64,000 bases of DNA, taken from the NCBI GenBank assembly GCA_040390045.1, contig JAZJZC010000004.1, forward strand, positions 67,157 to 131,156, given 5' to 3'. Of this stretch, positions 9,125-18,256 are shown one piece after another. Position 1 is the first letter of the stretch, and every line of letters starts with the position of its first letter. The stretch comes from Patescibacteria group bacterium. Its GTDB lineage: Bacteria; Patescibacteriota; Minisyncoccia; Phycocordibacterales; SIBU01. The position numbers and the translations under genes are program-made. The notes under the pieces were generated by a model. It was not told the origin of the DNA. It ran no database searches and saw nothing but the letters and a program-made list of their open reading frames with translations.

Positions 9125-10486
9125 ATGAATAAAAATGAAAGCCTCAGCGTATTTGTTGTTGGCAAAGGTGGACGTGAGCATGCCCTGGTGCATGCTCTTG
9201 CGCAGTCGCCACTCGTTGGTAAGCTTTGGTGCGCGAACGGAAATCCCGGAATAGCCGCAACCAAGTTGACGACAGGTAGGTTAGTTTATTGTCCGACGAT
9301 CGAGGAGCACGGAGAGCTTCTTGCGACTGCAGTCAGAGAACGGATGGATTTAACGATCTTCGGTGGCGAGGAGCATTTAATGGCCGGATTGGGTGACGCA
9401 TTTCGAATTCACGGACTCAACGTTTTTGGTCCAGGCTATCGAGGCGCCAACCTTGAAGGGTCGAAAATGTACGCTCAGCGGTTTGCTGAGCGACATGGTT
9501 TACCCTTCGCGGTCGGTGAATGTTTTGTCAGCAATATGCACGATGCATTTGAGTACGCAGAGTCACTCGATTATCGGTGTGTCGTTAAGGCCTCGGGACC
9601 TTGCCTCGGAAAGGGCGTGAAGGTTTGTCACAACGTGTCAGAAGTCGAGGAGGCCTTGCGGTTGATGATCGTGGATCGTAAGTTTGGCACGGCCGGTCAA
9701 AACATTGTCATCCAGGAACTACTGGAAGGACAGGAACTTTCGTTGCACATTCTGAGCGACGGAGTGAACTGGAGGTTACTTCCCATCGCGCAAGATCATA
9801 AGCGCCTCCTCGGTGACAATCTCGGCGACATGACCGGTGGCATGGGAACGTATTCTCCGCATCCGACAATCACCACTTCTGATCTGGAAAAAATTGCGGC
9901 TGAAATCATGCCGAAATTTCTCGAGGGTTGCAGGAGGGACAGCATTGTCTTTCAGGGCGTGTTGTTTTTTGGGCTCATGGTTACCGCGGATGGCGTTAAG
10001 ATTTTAGAGATCAACGTCCGTTTCGGAGATCCAGAAGCCCAAGCGATTCTTCCGAGAATTAAAACTGACATGGTAGAGCTTTTGCTGGCCACGGCGACAG
10101 GGCGGCTTGCCGAAGTGCCGCTTGAGGTGTACGAGGACCTCGCAACGGTCAACGTTGTCATGGTATCGGCGGGATACCCGGGAAACTACAACAAAGGTTT
10201 TCAAATTACGGGAATTGAAAGCGCAGAAAAAATTCTTGGAATCAAAGTTTACCATGCCGGTACGGCGATCGAGCGAGGAGTTCTGGTGACAAACGGTGGG
10301 CGAGTGCTGAGCGTGTGCTCATGCGCGCGCGATCTCAAAACTGCGCATGAACGCGCATACCATGCCGTCGAACTTATTAAGTTTTCCGGCGCGTACTATC
10401 GCCGAGATATTGGCAGGCAGGTTCGTAAGGCGACCTACGATGGTTATACTCCGCAGTTGGCACCCTATCGGTTGCAGCACGAGTAG
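9125..10486 (+). CDS. purD: Phosphoribosylamine--glycine ligase
   Basis: GKGGREHAL, LEGSK, GKGV, QDHKR, TGGMG, RFGDPE, HAGT, TNGGRVL, YRRDIG. Confidence 0.95.
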   Translation: MNKNESLSVFVVGKGGREHALVHALAQSPLVGKLWCANGNPGIAATKLTTGRLVYCPTIEEHGELLATAVRERMDLTIFGGEEHLMAGLGDAFRIHGLNVFGPGYRGANLEGSKMYAQRFAERHGLPFAVGECFVSNMHDAFEYAESLDYRCVVKASGPCLGKGVKVCHNVSEVEEALRLMIVDRKFGTAGQNIVIQELLEGQELSLHILSDGVNWRLLPIAQDHKRLLGDNLGDMTGGMGTYSPHPTITTSDLEKIAAEIMPKFLEGCRRDSIVFQGVLFFGLMVTADGVKILEINVRFGDPEAQAILPRIKTDMVELLLATATGRLAEVPLEVYEDLATVNVVMVSAGYPGNYNKGFQITGIESAEKILGIKVYHAGTAIERGVLVTNGGRVLSVCSCARDLKTAHERAYHAVELIKFSGAYYRRDIGRQVRKATYDGYTPQLAPYRLQHE

Positions 10487-10499
10487 TTATTATTTTATC

Positions 10500-10529
10500 A
10501 GCCGGTTCCATTTTGGAACCGGCTTTTGT
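10500..10529 (+). terminator. purD terminator
   Basis: AGCCGGTTCCA-ttt-TGGAACCGGCT followed by T residues. Confidence 0.7.
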
Positions 10530-10572
10530 TATTTGCCCACAAAATCCGAATTTTGAGGATTTTGTGGTTTGC

Positions 10573-10756
10573 AAATAACAACCCCGCACCAACCCCAGGG
10601 CGTACCCCTCCGGGTATCACGAAGCGTGAAGTGCGCGTCCCCTTACCTTGTAGGGCTCCATTGTTTCCTTGCGAGTTTCTGAACGAGTTAGGAAACAAGC
10701 AGTACCCTTGTGGTACGAAGCGCGAGCCCGTATGTCCTCTGGTGCTGGGGTTATTT
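10573..10756. repeat. Structured MITE-like element with imperfect terminal inverted repeats
   Basis: Ends AAATAACAACCCCGCACCA / TGGTGCTGGGGTTATTT; several internal hairpins. Confidence 0.5.
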
Positions 10757-13700
10757 AAGCTCTTTAATTTTTTCCGCAATCAAACTAATTTCGTCATTTC
10801 GATTCGAGATTTTGCCTTTGATGGCGACACATTTTTCCGCAACAAGAAGCGCTTTAAATTCTTCATAGACTTTTGGAAAAACCACCGCTTCAATAGTTCC
10901 GCTTAAATCAGCAAGGCGGAGGAACATCATCTGATCGTTTTTCTTAGTGAAAATTGGTTTGGCTTCCTCGATGATGCCGCCGAGAACTACGACCATTCCT
11001 TCCTTCATTTCCGCTTTGCATTTCACAATGTTCATGTCCCTTTTTTCTAAAACATTTTTAAATTTATCAAGCGGATGTCCCGAAATGTATAAGCCAAGGA
11101 GCTCTTTTTCCCAAATTAATTTTTCAGATGCTGTGGCAGGAGATCCTTGCGTGAGTACCAAGCCTTCATTTTCCGAAACAGTTAGTGTGTTGCCGAATAA
11201 AGAATCCTGATTTTCTATTTTTTGAGATTTTTCTTTATTGAATTGCAAAAGATTGTCCATGTTCGCCATCATCATCCCACGTTCGCCAAAGTCGTCGAGT
11301 GCGCCGGATTTAATCAAGGCTTCAATTGATTTTTTGTTAAGACTTCGGTCATGCACACGGGTCAAAAAATCTCCAAGGGATTTAAACGCACCGTTTTTCA
11401 CGCGCTCAGCAATAATGACATCGGCAATGCCTTCTCCAAAGTTTTTAATGGTTGTTAACCCAAACCTGATGCGGTCTACCGCATCAGGAGCTGTAAGCTG
11501 TAAGCTGTCAGCTTTTAGCTTCACCACCGTAAAACCTGAGTAGCTTTCATTAATCGATGGAGGCAATACCGGAATTTTCATTCGTTTACATTCCGAAATA
11601 ATTTCAGAAATTTTTTCAACGTCGCCCGAGTCGGCGGTGAGTACGGCAGACATATAGATCGCGGGGAAGTTGGCTTTCATGTAGGCAGTTTGATATGCCA
11701 CACGTCCGTAACTTGCAGCGTGGGCCTTACCGAAGCCGTATGCAGCAAAAGGCTCGATCAGTTTCCAAAGTTCATCGGCCTTTTTCTCGCTCATGCCATT
11801 TTTTACCAGACCTTTCAACAGTTTTTCTTTTTGCGCGTCCATCTCAGCGACAATTTTCTTTCCCATGGCTTTGCGGAGTTTGTCTGCTTCGAGCCACGAG
11901 TATCCTGCGAGTTCAATAGCGATTAACATAACATCTTCCTGGTAGGTAATAACTCCATACGACGCCGAAAGAATATTTTTCATGCGTGGGTCGAGATATT
12001 TAACCAGCGATGGATTATGTTTTCGCTCAATATACTGAGGGATCGATTCCATAGGACCCGGACGATAGAGAGCCACCATGGCGTTGATATCATGAATGCT
12101 TGTAGGTCGCAGATCTTTAAGATAGTGAGTCATACCTGAACCACTGAGTTGAAAAAGTCCACCGGTAATTCCAAGCGCGAGCATCGCAAAAGTTTTTTTG
12201 TCATCAATCGGAATGGTGTCAATATCAATATCTACATTTTCTAATTTTTTAGCCAGCAAAACTGCATCAGCAAGAATGGAAAGATTTTTAATTCCAAGAA
12301 AGTCGAATTTCAAAAGCCCGACATCCTCCATAACATACATATCGTATTGAGTAATAATTTTTCCTTCGCCTTTAGGATCAAACTGCAGTGGGGTAAAATC
12401 TGTTAAAGGTCTAGGGGAAATAACCACACCAGCCGCATGTACCGAAATGTGTCGGGCGCAACCCTCAATTTTTTTAGCTAAATCAATAATTTCCGTGACC
12501 TCGGGTTCATTTTTGTATCTTTTTTTCAGCTCAGGAACTAACTCCATAGCTCGATCGATTGACATGGGAAAACCTTGCGAACCCATTGGGATCATTTTTG
12601 AAATACCATCACCCAAACTATACGGATGCCCGAGCGCTCGCGCCACATCTCTCACGGACCCACGCGCCATCATAGTTCCAAAAGTTCCCACCTGCGCCAC
12701 TTTATCCTCGCCGTACTTTTTTCGCGCATATGTAATCAGTTCATCGCGTCGCGAATCGGCAATGTCCATGTCAATATCGGGAGCAGAAGGTCGTTCGGGA
12801 TTGAGAAATCTCTCGAAGGGCAATTTATATTCAATGGGATTTACGGTACTAATGTAGGCGAGGTAGGAAACCATCGATCCAGCGGCCGAACCTCTCGTGG
12901 TACTAAAAATTTTCTCACTTCTGGCGTGACGAAGAAGGTCAGACACCACTAAAAAATATGGAGAGTAGCCTTTATCGCGAATGATTTTCAATTCATACTC
13001 AACACGATCAGTTACTTCTTTTGTCGCTTCAATGCTTCGAGTTTTGATACCGTCGTACACTAACGCCTTCAACTCCTCATCAAGAGTTCTTCCGGAGGCA
13101 ACTTTGTAGTCGGGGAAAACCCATTTGCCGAGCTCGATTTCCAGGTTGCACATATCAGCAATCTTGGCGTTGTTTTCAAGGGCTTCGGGCAACTTTTTAA
13201 AAAATTTTTGCGCGTCCTTGTCAGATATGAAAGAAAAATCGCCGGTGTTTTCAGCTTGACCGGCCCGCTCGCTCAATTCAGCGTTGCTGTTTACAAGGGT
13301 TAATGTATTCCGCGCTGTCTTGTCTTTTTCAGAAAGGTAGTAGACATCGTGGCAGGCTACAATATTCGTTTGAGTTTGTTTGGCAAAATCGATCAACATT
13401 TCCATTCTCTTGTCGTGTCCTTCAACCTCGGGGAAATGAGTGATTTCCAAAAAGAAATTATCGTTGCCATACATTTTTTTATACCAGTCAGCAATTTTTG
13501 TGGCGTTTTCAATATCGCCAGACTTAAGCGCCTCCAAAATTTGACTATTAAATGATGGCGCGATTGCCACTAAACCTTCAGAATATTTTTCGATAAGTTC
13601 TGCGTCGATTCTCGGCTTGTAATAGAAGCCGTCAAAATGCGATTCGGTTACCAGTTTAATTAAATTTTTGTAACCAATAAGATTTTTGGCAAGCAAAACC

Positions 13701-13966
13701 AATCGTGTGCGTCTATTGTCGACACCGGCTTGTTTGTCTTGTCGCTTTCGAGCCGCGACATAGGCGTCAATGCCGATGATTGGTTTGATGCCCTGAGCTT
13801 TACATTCTTTGTAAAATTCAATGGCACCGTACATGTTACCGTTGTCAGTAAGAGCCAGAGACGTCATTTCAGACTTTTTTGCAGCCGCAACGAGCTCGTC
13901 AATCTTTGGAAGTGCAGACAGTAAGCTGTAGTGACTATGGACGTGTAAATGTGTAAACTTTGTCAT
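10751..13966 (-). CDS. dnaE: DNA polymerase III alpha subunit
   Basis: FTHLHVHSHYSLL PHP domain, RGSAAGS, PDIDMD, KFDFLG, OB-fold C terminus. Confidence 0.98.
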   Translation of the reverse strand: MTKFTHLHVHSHYSLLSALPKIDELVAAAKKSEMTSLALTDNGNMYGAIEFYKECKAQGIKPIIGIDAYVAARKRQDKQAGVDNRRTRLVLLAKNLIGYKNLIKLVTESHFDGFYYKPRIDAELIEKYSEGLVAIAPSFNSQILEALKSGDIENATKIADWYKKMYGNDNFFLEITHFPEVEGHDKRMEMLIDFAKQTQTNIVACHDVYYLSEKDKTARNTLTLVNSNAELSERAGQAENTGDFSFISDKDAQKFFKKLPEALENNAKIADMCNLEIELGKWVFPDYKVASGRTLDEELKALVYDGIKTRSIEATKEVTDRVEYELKIIRDKGYSPYFLVVSDLLRHARSEKIFSTTRGSAAGSMVSYLAYISTVNPIEYKLPFERFLNPERPSAPDIDMDIADSRRDELITYARKKYGEDKVAQVGTFGTMMARGSVRDVARALGHPYSLGDGISKMIPMGSQGFPMSIDRAMELVPELKKRYKNEPEVTEIIDLAKKIEGCARHISVHAAGVVISPRPLTDFTPLQFDPKGEGKIITQYDMYVMEDVGLLKFDFLGIKNLSILADAVLLAKKLENVDIDIDTIPIDDKKTFAMLALGITGGLFQLSGSGMTHYLKDLRPTSIHDINAMVALYRPGPMESIPQYIERKHNPSLVKYLDPRMKNILSASYGVITYQEDVMLIAIELAGYSWLEADKLRKAMGKKIVAEMDAQKEKLLKGLVKNGMSEKKADELWKLIEPFAAYGFGKAHAASYGRVAYQTAYMKANFPAIYMSAVLTADSGDVEKISEIISECKRMKIPVLPPSINESYSGFTVVKLKADSLQLTAPDAVDRIRFGLTTIKNFGEGIADVIIAERVKNGAFKSLGDFLTRVHDRSLNKKSIEALIKSGALDDFGERGMMMANMDNLLQFNKEKSQKIENQDSLFGNTLTVSENEGLVLTQGSPATASEKLIWEKELLGLYISGHPLDKFKNVLEKRDMNIVKCKAEMKEGMVVVLGGIIEEAKPIFTKKNDQMMFLRLADLSGTIEAVVFPKVYEEFKALLVAEKCVAIKGKISNRNDEISLIAEKIKELK
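11465..11520. repeat. Hairpin plus AGCTGTA-type heptamer array inside dnaE
   Basis: CCTGATGCGGT-ct-ACCGCATCAGG, then agctgta agctgta agctgtc agctttt agct. Confidence 0.8.
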
Positions 13967-13984
13967 GCAGAGTGATTATACTAT

Positions 13985-14611
13985 ATGAGTAAGCCGCGAC
14001 AATCTAAAATTAAATTTCTAATTGGAATTGATGAAGTGGGAAGGGGACCAATTGCTGGGCCGGTTGCGGTCGGAGCTTTTTGTGTCCCGGTAAAATTTCA
14101 AGACGAATTATTGAAATTTTTCCCTAAAAATCAAATTCGCGATTCCAAAAAATTGAAACCGCTTGTCCGCGAGGAAATCTACGAAAGACTGAGCCTTGCC
14201 AAAAAGAGTGGACAAATAGAATTTACCGTTATTTTTTCCAGTTCAAAAATTATCGATACGCGTGGTCTTTCTTTTGCTATTAAAAACGCTCTTGCTCAGA
14301 CGCTTTCCATAATTGGTAAAAAAGCTCATGAGTGCCAAATTTTCCTCGACGGTAGTCTTAAAGCGCCGATTGAGTTCGTAAATCAAAAGACGATTATTAA
14401 AGGTGACGAAAAGGAGGCAGTGATTGCGCTCGCTTCAATTGTCGCCAAGGTCACCCGCGATCGGGCTATGAAGGTTTTAGCAAAGAAGTACCCGCACTAT
14501 GGATTTGAAATTCACAAGGGCTACGGTACAGCGATGCATTACAAGAACCTTAAAAAGCGCGGGATGTCTCCAATTCACCGGCGCTCGTTTTTGAAAAATT
14601 TCGCGGGTTAA
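13985..14611 (+). CDS. rnhB: Ribonuclease HII
   Basis: GIDEVGRGPIAGPV, DSKKL, DG, KGD, ASIVAKVTRD, HKGYGT, HRRSF. Confidence 0.97.
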   Translation: MSKPRQSKIKFLIGIDEVGRGPIAGPVAVGAFCVPVKFQDELLKFFPKNQIRDSKKLKPLVREEIYERLSLAKKSGQIEFTVIFSSSKIIDTRGLSFAIKNALAQTLSIIGKKAHECQIFLDGSLKAPIEFVNQKTIIKGDEKEAVIALASIVAKVTRDRAMKVLAKKYPHYGFEIHKGYGTAMHYKNLKKRGMSPIHRRSFLKNFAG

Positions 14612-14765
14612 CTCGCTCATTTTCTGTGGATAACACCCGCTATTGACACTTATTTAAATCTGTGATAACTTCCTCCTCAGCGATCTTTGAGTAACTTAGG
14701 CGCGTAGCCTGGCTTATTGTCGCACCAATTCATCAGAGGGAATCAATTGATCCCGAAAGGAATTC

Positions 14766-15443
14766 GTGGAAACTGAAAAAAAAGTTACATCGCACGCAAT
14801 CGGAACGATTTTCGTTAAGGTTCGTGCTGACGGTGAGGTTGAGGCTGCCGCGATGCATTACACAAAACGTGAGAAGAGAACCAAGCAACTCCGTACGACC
14901 TTGAGGCTCCCGATGGGTAAAGGGAAGAAGGTAGAGAGGGAATCTCTAACCGAGACTCAGGTCCGTGAGGCGGTTCAGGAATGCGCAAAAATACCTGCTG
15001 ACTTTGATTATGAGTTCGAGTTCCGCGGTCTCGTGTATTATGCCGTGGTGCCTGACGATGACAACGGCGACAGCGAACTGCATCTGAAAGCCTTTATGGT
15101 TGCGCGGCTGAAAAAGGGTGAGTTGCGGGATTACCAGGCCAACGAACAGGAGTACGATCCTGACACCGGTAAACCTATCCCTGACGAGGTTGAAATTCTT
15201 GGGCCTTTGAAGTGGTACGAGATTCGCGAGGTTCTCAACGAAATGGCAAGACAGGGAAACGGCCTGTATGTTCACACTACTGCTGTTCTTGCTACACTCG
15301 TTGCTCTTGCGGGAAAGTACCCGAAGGTTGAAGCTCGTTACGGTGGCATCGTTAATCGGCCTGACGTGCAGCAGCGAGTCGCCATTTCAGCAAATTACAG
15401 GGACGAGGTCAAAGCCTACGTCGGCTCGCTCCAGGCCACTTGA
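14766..15443 (+). CDS. Divergent NUDIX-fold protein
   Basis: LRLPMGKGKKVERESLTETQVREAVQE resembles a degenerate Nudix box; GAAAGGA before GTG start; own promoter and terminator. Confidence 0.55.
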   Translation: METEKKVTSHAIGTIFVKVRADGEVEAAAMHYTKREKRTKQLRTTLRLPMGKGKKVERESLTETQVREAVQECAKIPADFDYEFEFRGLVYYAVVPDDDNGDSELHLKAFMVARLKKGELRDYQANEQEYDPDTGKPIPDEVEILGPLKWYEIREVLNEMARQGNGLYVHTTAVLATLVALAGKYPKVEARYGGIVNRPDVQQRVAISANYRDEVKAYVGSLQAT

Positions 15444-15573
15444 GAGTTTCGTTTTTTTCACACCGCTCCGGTATCCTGGGCGGTTTTTTCTTGTAATGTT
15501 GCCCCGCCCGCAGCGGGCGGGGCAACATTCTGGGAGATTGCAAATTTTCTAATAAGTGTTAAGCTTTCAAACC

Positions 15574-15798
15574 ATGGTAGTACGAATGCGCGCCAATCGG
15601 TCTCATAGGGATAATCGACGAAGTCACTTCGCGTTAGGTGAACCTCGATTTTCAACGTGTAAAGATTGCGGAGCATCGCATTTGCGACATCGAGTGTGTA
15701 CCACCTGTGGTAAGTACAAAGGCATGCAAGTGCTCAACGTACATGCCAAAGTAGAGAAGAAAGCGAAGAAGTTGAAAGAGAAAGCGGCAGTAAAATAA
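15574..15798 (+). CDS. rpmF: 50S ribosomal protein L32
   Basis: RRSH..CKDCG..HRVCTTCGKYKG zinc ribbon. Confidence 0.95.
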   Translation: MVVRMRANRSHRDNRRSHFALGEPRFSTCKDCGASHLRHRVCTTCGKYKGMQVLNVHAKVEKKAKKLKEKAAVK

Positions 15799-15900
15799 GC
15801 ACGAAATTTTAAGCACGAAATCCGAAAGAATATCTAAATTAGAATTTAAAAATTTTAATTTGGGATTTGTTTCGAGTTTCGAATTTGAGATTTCGGATTT
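15797..15900. repeat. Degenerate heptamer inverted-repeat array (CACGAAA/TCCGAAA vs TTTCGAG/TTTCGGA)
   Basis: aagcacgaaattttaagcacgaaatccgaaa ... tttcgagtttcgaatttgagatttcggattt. Confidence 0.7.
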
Positions 15901-15910
15901 GTCTTCATTT

Positions 15911-16813
15911 ATGGCTAACAGGCACCTTGCAAGATCGACAGTTCTACAAACCCTCTTCGAGTGGGATTTTAATGGTCAGCGAAAGACTGACGATGTAGAA
16001 ACGATTCTCAAGAGAGATATCGCCGAATTTGCTCCTGGCGTTAGTGATTCGTCGTTCATGACTGAGCTCCTCCGTTCTATTTGCGACAAGATGTCGGACA
16101 TTGATACGATTATTGAAAAGGCTGCTCCAGATTGGCCAATCAATAAAATTTCTATTATCGATCGCAACATCTTGCGCATCGGTCTTTACGAATTGCTTTT
16201 TGCGGACAAAACTGAAGTGCCGGAAAAAGTGGCGATCAATGAAGCGATTGAGTTGGCGAAAACATTCGGCGGCGAAAATAGCGGCAAATTTGTAAACGGC
16301 GTTCTTGGTTCAGTCTACAAAGAACTTGGAGAGCCCGGCAAAGATGCTGTTTCCCAGAAGAGTAAACGCAAAGCTGAAGTTCCGTACGAAAAAATGCCTA
16401 TCCAAAAATTGGGAGGCGCAGTGGTCTATGCTAAGGATGGTGGTGAAATTTATCTCGCGCTTGTCCACGATATTTTCGGTCATTGGACGCTCTCAAAAGG
16501 AAAAATTGAAGTTGATGAGGACGTTAAGCAAGGTACGACGAGAGAAATGAAGGAAGAACTTGGCCTCGATGTTTCGATTCAAACAGATCTTGGAAAAAAT
16601 GAATACATCGCATCCGATCCAACTCTTGGTAAAATTCGCAAACAAGTAAATTACTTTTTGGCAGAAGCCAAGTATGAAAATTTAACTCTTGGTACTTCAG
16701 GTGGACTCGACGACGCACGATGGTACAAAATGGCGGATATTGTTTCTCTTAATTTGTACAATGACATTTTGCCAATCGTCACCAAAGCGGTCAATATATT
16801 ACTTAAAAAGTAG
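15911..16813 (+). CDS. nusB: Transcription antitermination factor NusB fused to a C-terminal NUDIX domain
   Basis: RHLAR..LQTLFE, IDRNILR, VAINEAIELAK, FVNGVLG; then Nudix box WTLSKGKIEVDEDVKQGTTREMKEELGL. Confidence 0.93.
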   Translation: MANRHLARSTVLQTLFEWDFNGQRKTDDVETILKRDIAEFAPGVSDSSFMTELLRSICDKMSDIDTIIEKAAPDWPINKISIIDRNILRIGLYELLFADKTEVPEKVAINEAIELAKTFGGENSGKFVNGVLGSVYKELGEPGKDAVSQKSKRKAEVPYEKMPIQKLGGAVVYAKDGGEIYLALVHDIFGHWTLSKGKIEVDEDVKQGTTREMKEELGLDVSIQTDLGKNEYIASDPTLGKIRKQVNYFLAEAKYENLTLGTSGGLDDARWYKMADIVSLNLYNDILPIVTKAVNILLKK

Positions 16814-16890
16814 ATAGTCGGTAGTCAGTAGTTTGTAGAAAATCCGTTTTTCCTTACTACCAACTACCCACTACAATACTAACCTACTAC
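16811..16890. repeat. TAG-rich/CTA-rich heptamer inverted array
   Basis: tagatagtcggtagtcagtagtttgtag ... ctaccaactacccactacaatactaacctactac. Confidence 0.75.
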
Positions 16891-16894
16891 TCCA

Positions 16895-17584
16895 ATGGAT
16901 TTTTCAAAATTCGAAGACCAACTCGGTATTTATTTCAAAAACAAAAGTCTTTTACAGACGGCTTTTACGCATAGATCATATATCAACGAAAACCGAAAAG
17001 GTGCGCTTGAACACAACGAACGCCTGGAGTTTTTGGGCGACGCTGTCTTAGAGTTGATCGCGACGCATTTTTTGTATAACAAATATCCTGACAAAGCAGA
17101 AGGGGATTTGACGTCCTACCGTTCTGCGCTTGTTAACGCCGTGACACTTTCTGAAATTGCCACGAAACTCGGCATGAATGAATTTCTTCTTTTATCAAAA
17201 GGGGAAACCAAGGATACTGGCCGCGCTCGACAATATATTTTGGCAAACACTATGGAATCTTTTATTGGCGCCCTGTTTCTCGATCAAGGATATGACGCGG
17301 CACAAGTATTTATAAAACAATACATTCTCTCGCTCATCGACAACATTGTTGCCAAAAAAAGTTGGCTTGACGCAAAAAGTTTTTTTCAGGAAAAAGCTCA
17401 GGAAGAAGAGGGAATTACTCCGTCTTATGTAGTACTTAAAGAAACTGGTCCCGATCACGATAAACAATTTACGGTTGCAGTAGAAATTGGTCGCGAACGT
17501 GTTGCCACAGGCGAGGGAAAATCAAAACAAGAAGCTGAACAGAGTGCGGCACAGGAGGGACTGAAAGCCAAGAGTTGGAATTAG
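16895..17584 (+). CDS. rnc: Ribonuclease III
   Basis: HNERLEFLGDAVL signature plus dsRBD (GPDH, GKSKQEAEQ). Confidence 0.98.
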   Translation: MDFSKFEDQLGIYFKNKSLLQTAFTHRSYINENRKGALEHNERLEFLGDAVLELIATHFLYNKYPDKAEGDLTSYRSALVNAVTLSEIATKLGMNEFLLLSKGETKDTGRARQYILANTMESFIGALFLDQGYDAAQVFIKQYILSLIDNIVAKKSWLDAKSFFQEKAQEEEGITPSYVVLKETGPDHDKQFTVAVEIGRERVATGEGKSKQEAEQSAAQEGLKAKSWN

Positions 17585-17643
17585 GAATCAAGAATTAGGA
17601 ATTATGGGAAAGAAAAAACCGATCAATGATCGGTTTTGCAATT

Positions 17644-18156
17644 TTATACTGTAGCGCGAGGAATTGACGTCGTTAATCGACGTTTTCCGTCAAGCATCAG
17701 TCCATAGGCGAAATTACAAAGTGGAATTTTTTCAAAACCCGCGGTATTGTCCCAATTAGTAATTAGCCAGCCTTTGGGCAGAGTCTCGCCAATTAACAGC
17801 TCTCTTTTTTGAGGTGTGCCGAAAGGTCGATCTGGAACTTCAAAAATTTCGGTTTTTGGGCATGCCGTAGGAATGTGAAGAAGCGGATAATTTGGCGCAA
17901 GCTCAAGTCGCCGCAAACACCTTTTGTCTACCGTTGCGGTTGTTCCCGGAAATCTGATCTGGACAGTACTGTGGCCAGGAAAAGCCTCCAAAACGGTTGT
18001 GAGCAAATTCTTAAAGCCCGTCGGTTCGGTGTCATTGAAAATTACAATGTCACCTTTGTGAAGAGCCGATCGGCTTTTGTGCAACCCTAATCTCCAGAGT
18101 AAAAGTAGAATTACGGTGGTTTCGACGAGAATCAATATCGATGAAAGATTTTTCAT
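17644..18156 (-). CDS. Hypothetical protein with N-terminal TM helix
   Basis: 170-aa ORF with upstream TTGACA..TAGTAT promoter and downstream hairpin; inserted between rnc and smc. Confidence 0.55.
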   Translation of the reverse strand: MKNLSSILILVETTVILLLLWRLGLHKSRSALHKGDIVIFNDTEPTGFKNLLTTVLEAFPGHSTVQIRFPGTTATVDKRCLRRLELAPNYPLLHIPTACPKTEIFEVPDRPFGTPQKRELLIGETLPKGWLITNWDNTAGFEKIPLCNFAYGLMLDGKRRLTTSIPRATV

Positions 18157-18256
18157 TGCATGGTACGTTTTTCTGCTTTCATACTATCTGTTAAAGCTTC
18201 TATGTCAACACAAATTAGAATTCCCTTTATTTTTAATAAAAGCTATAATTCTCCTC

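Noticed and set aside
10498-10906. ORFs spanning the purD-dnaE gap
   Set aside because: They run through hairpins and a repeat element and overlap dnaE, with no protein motifs
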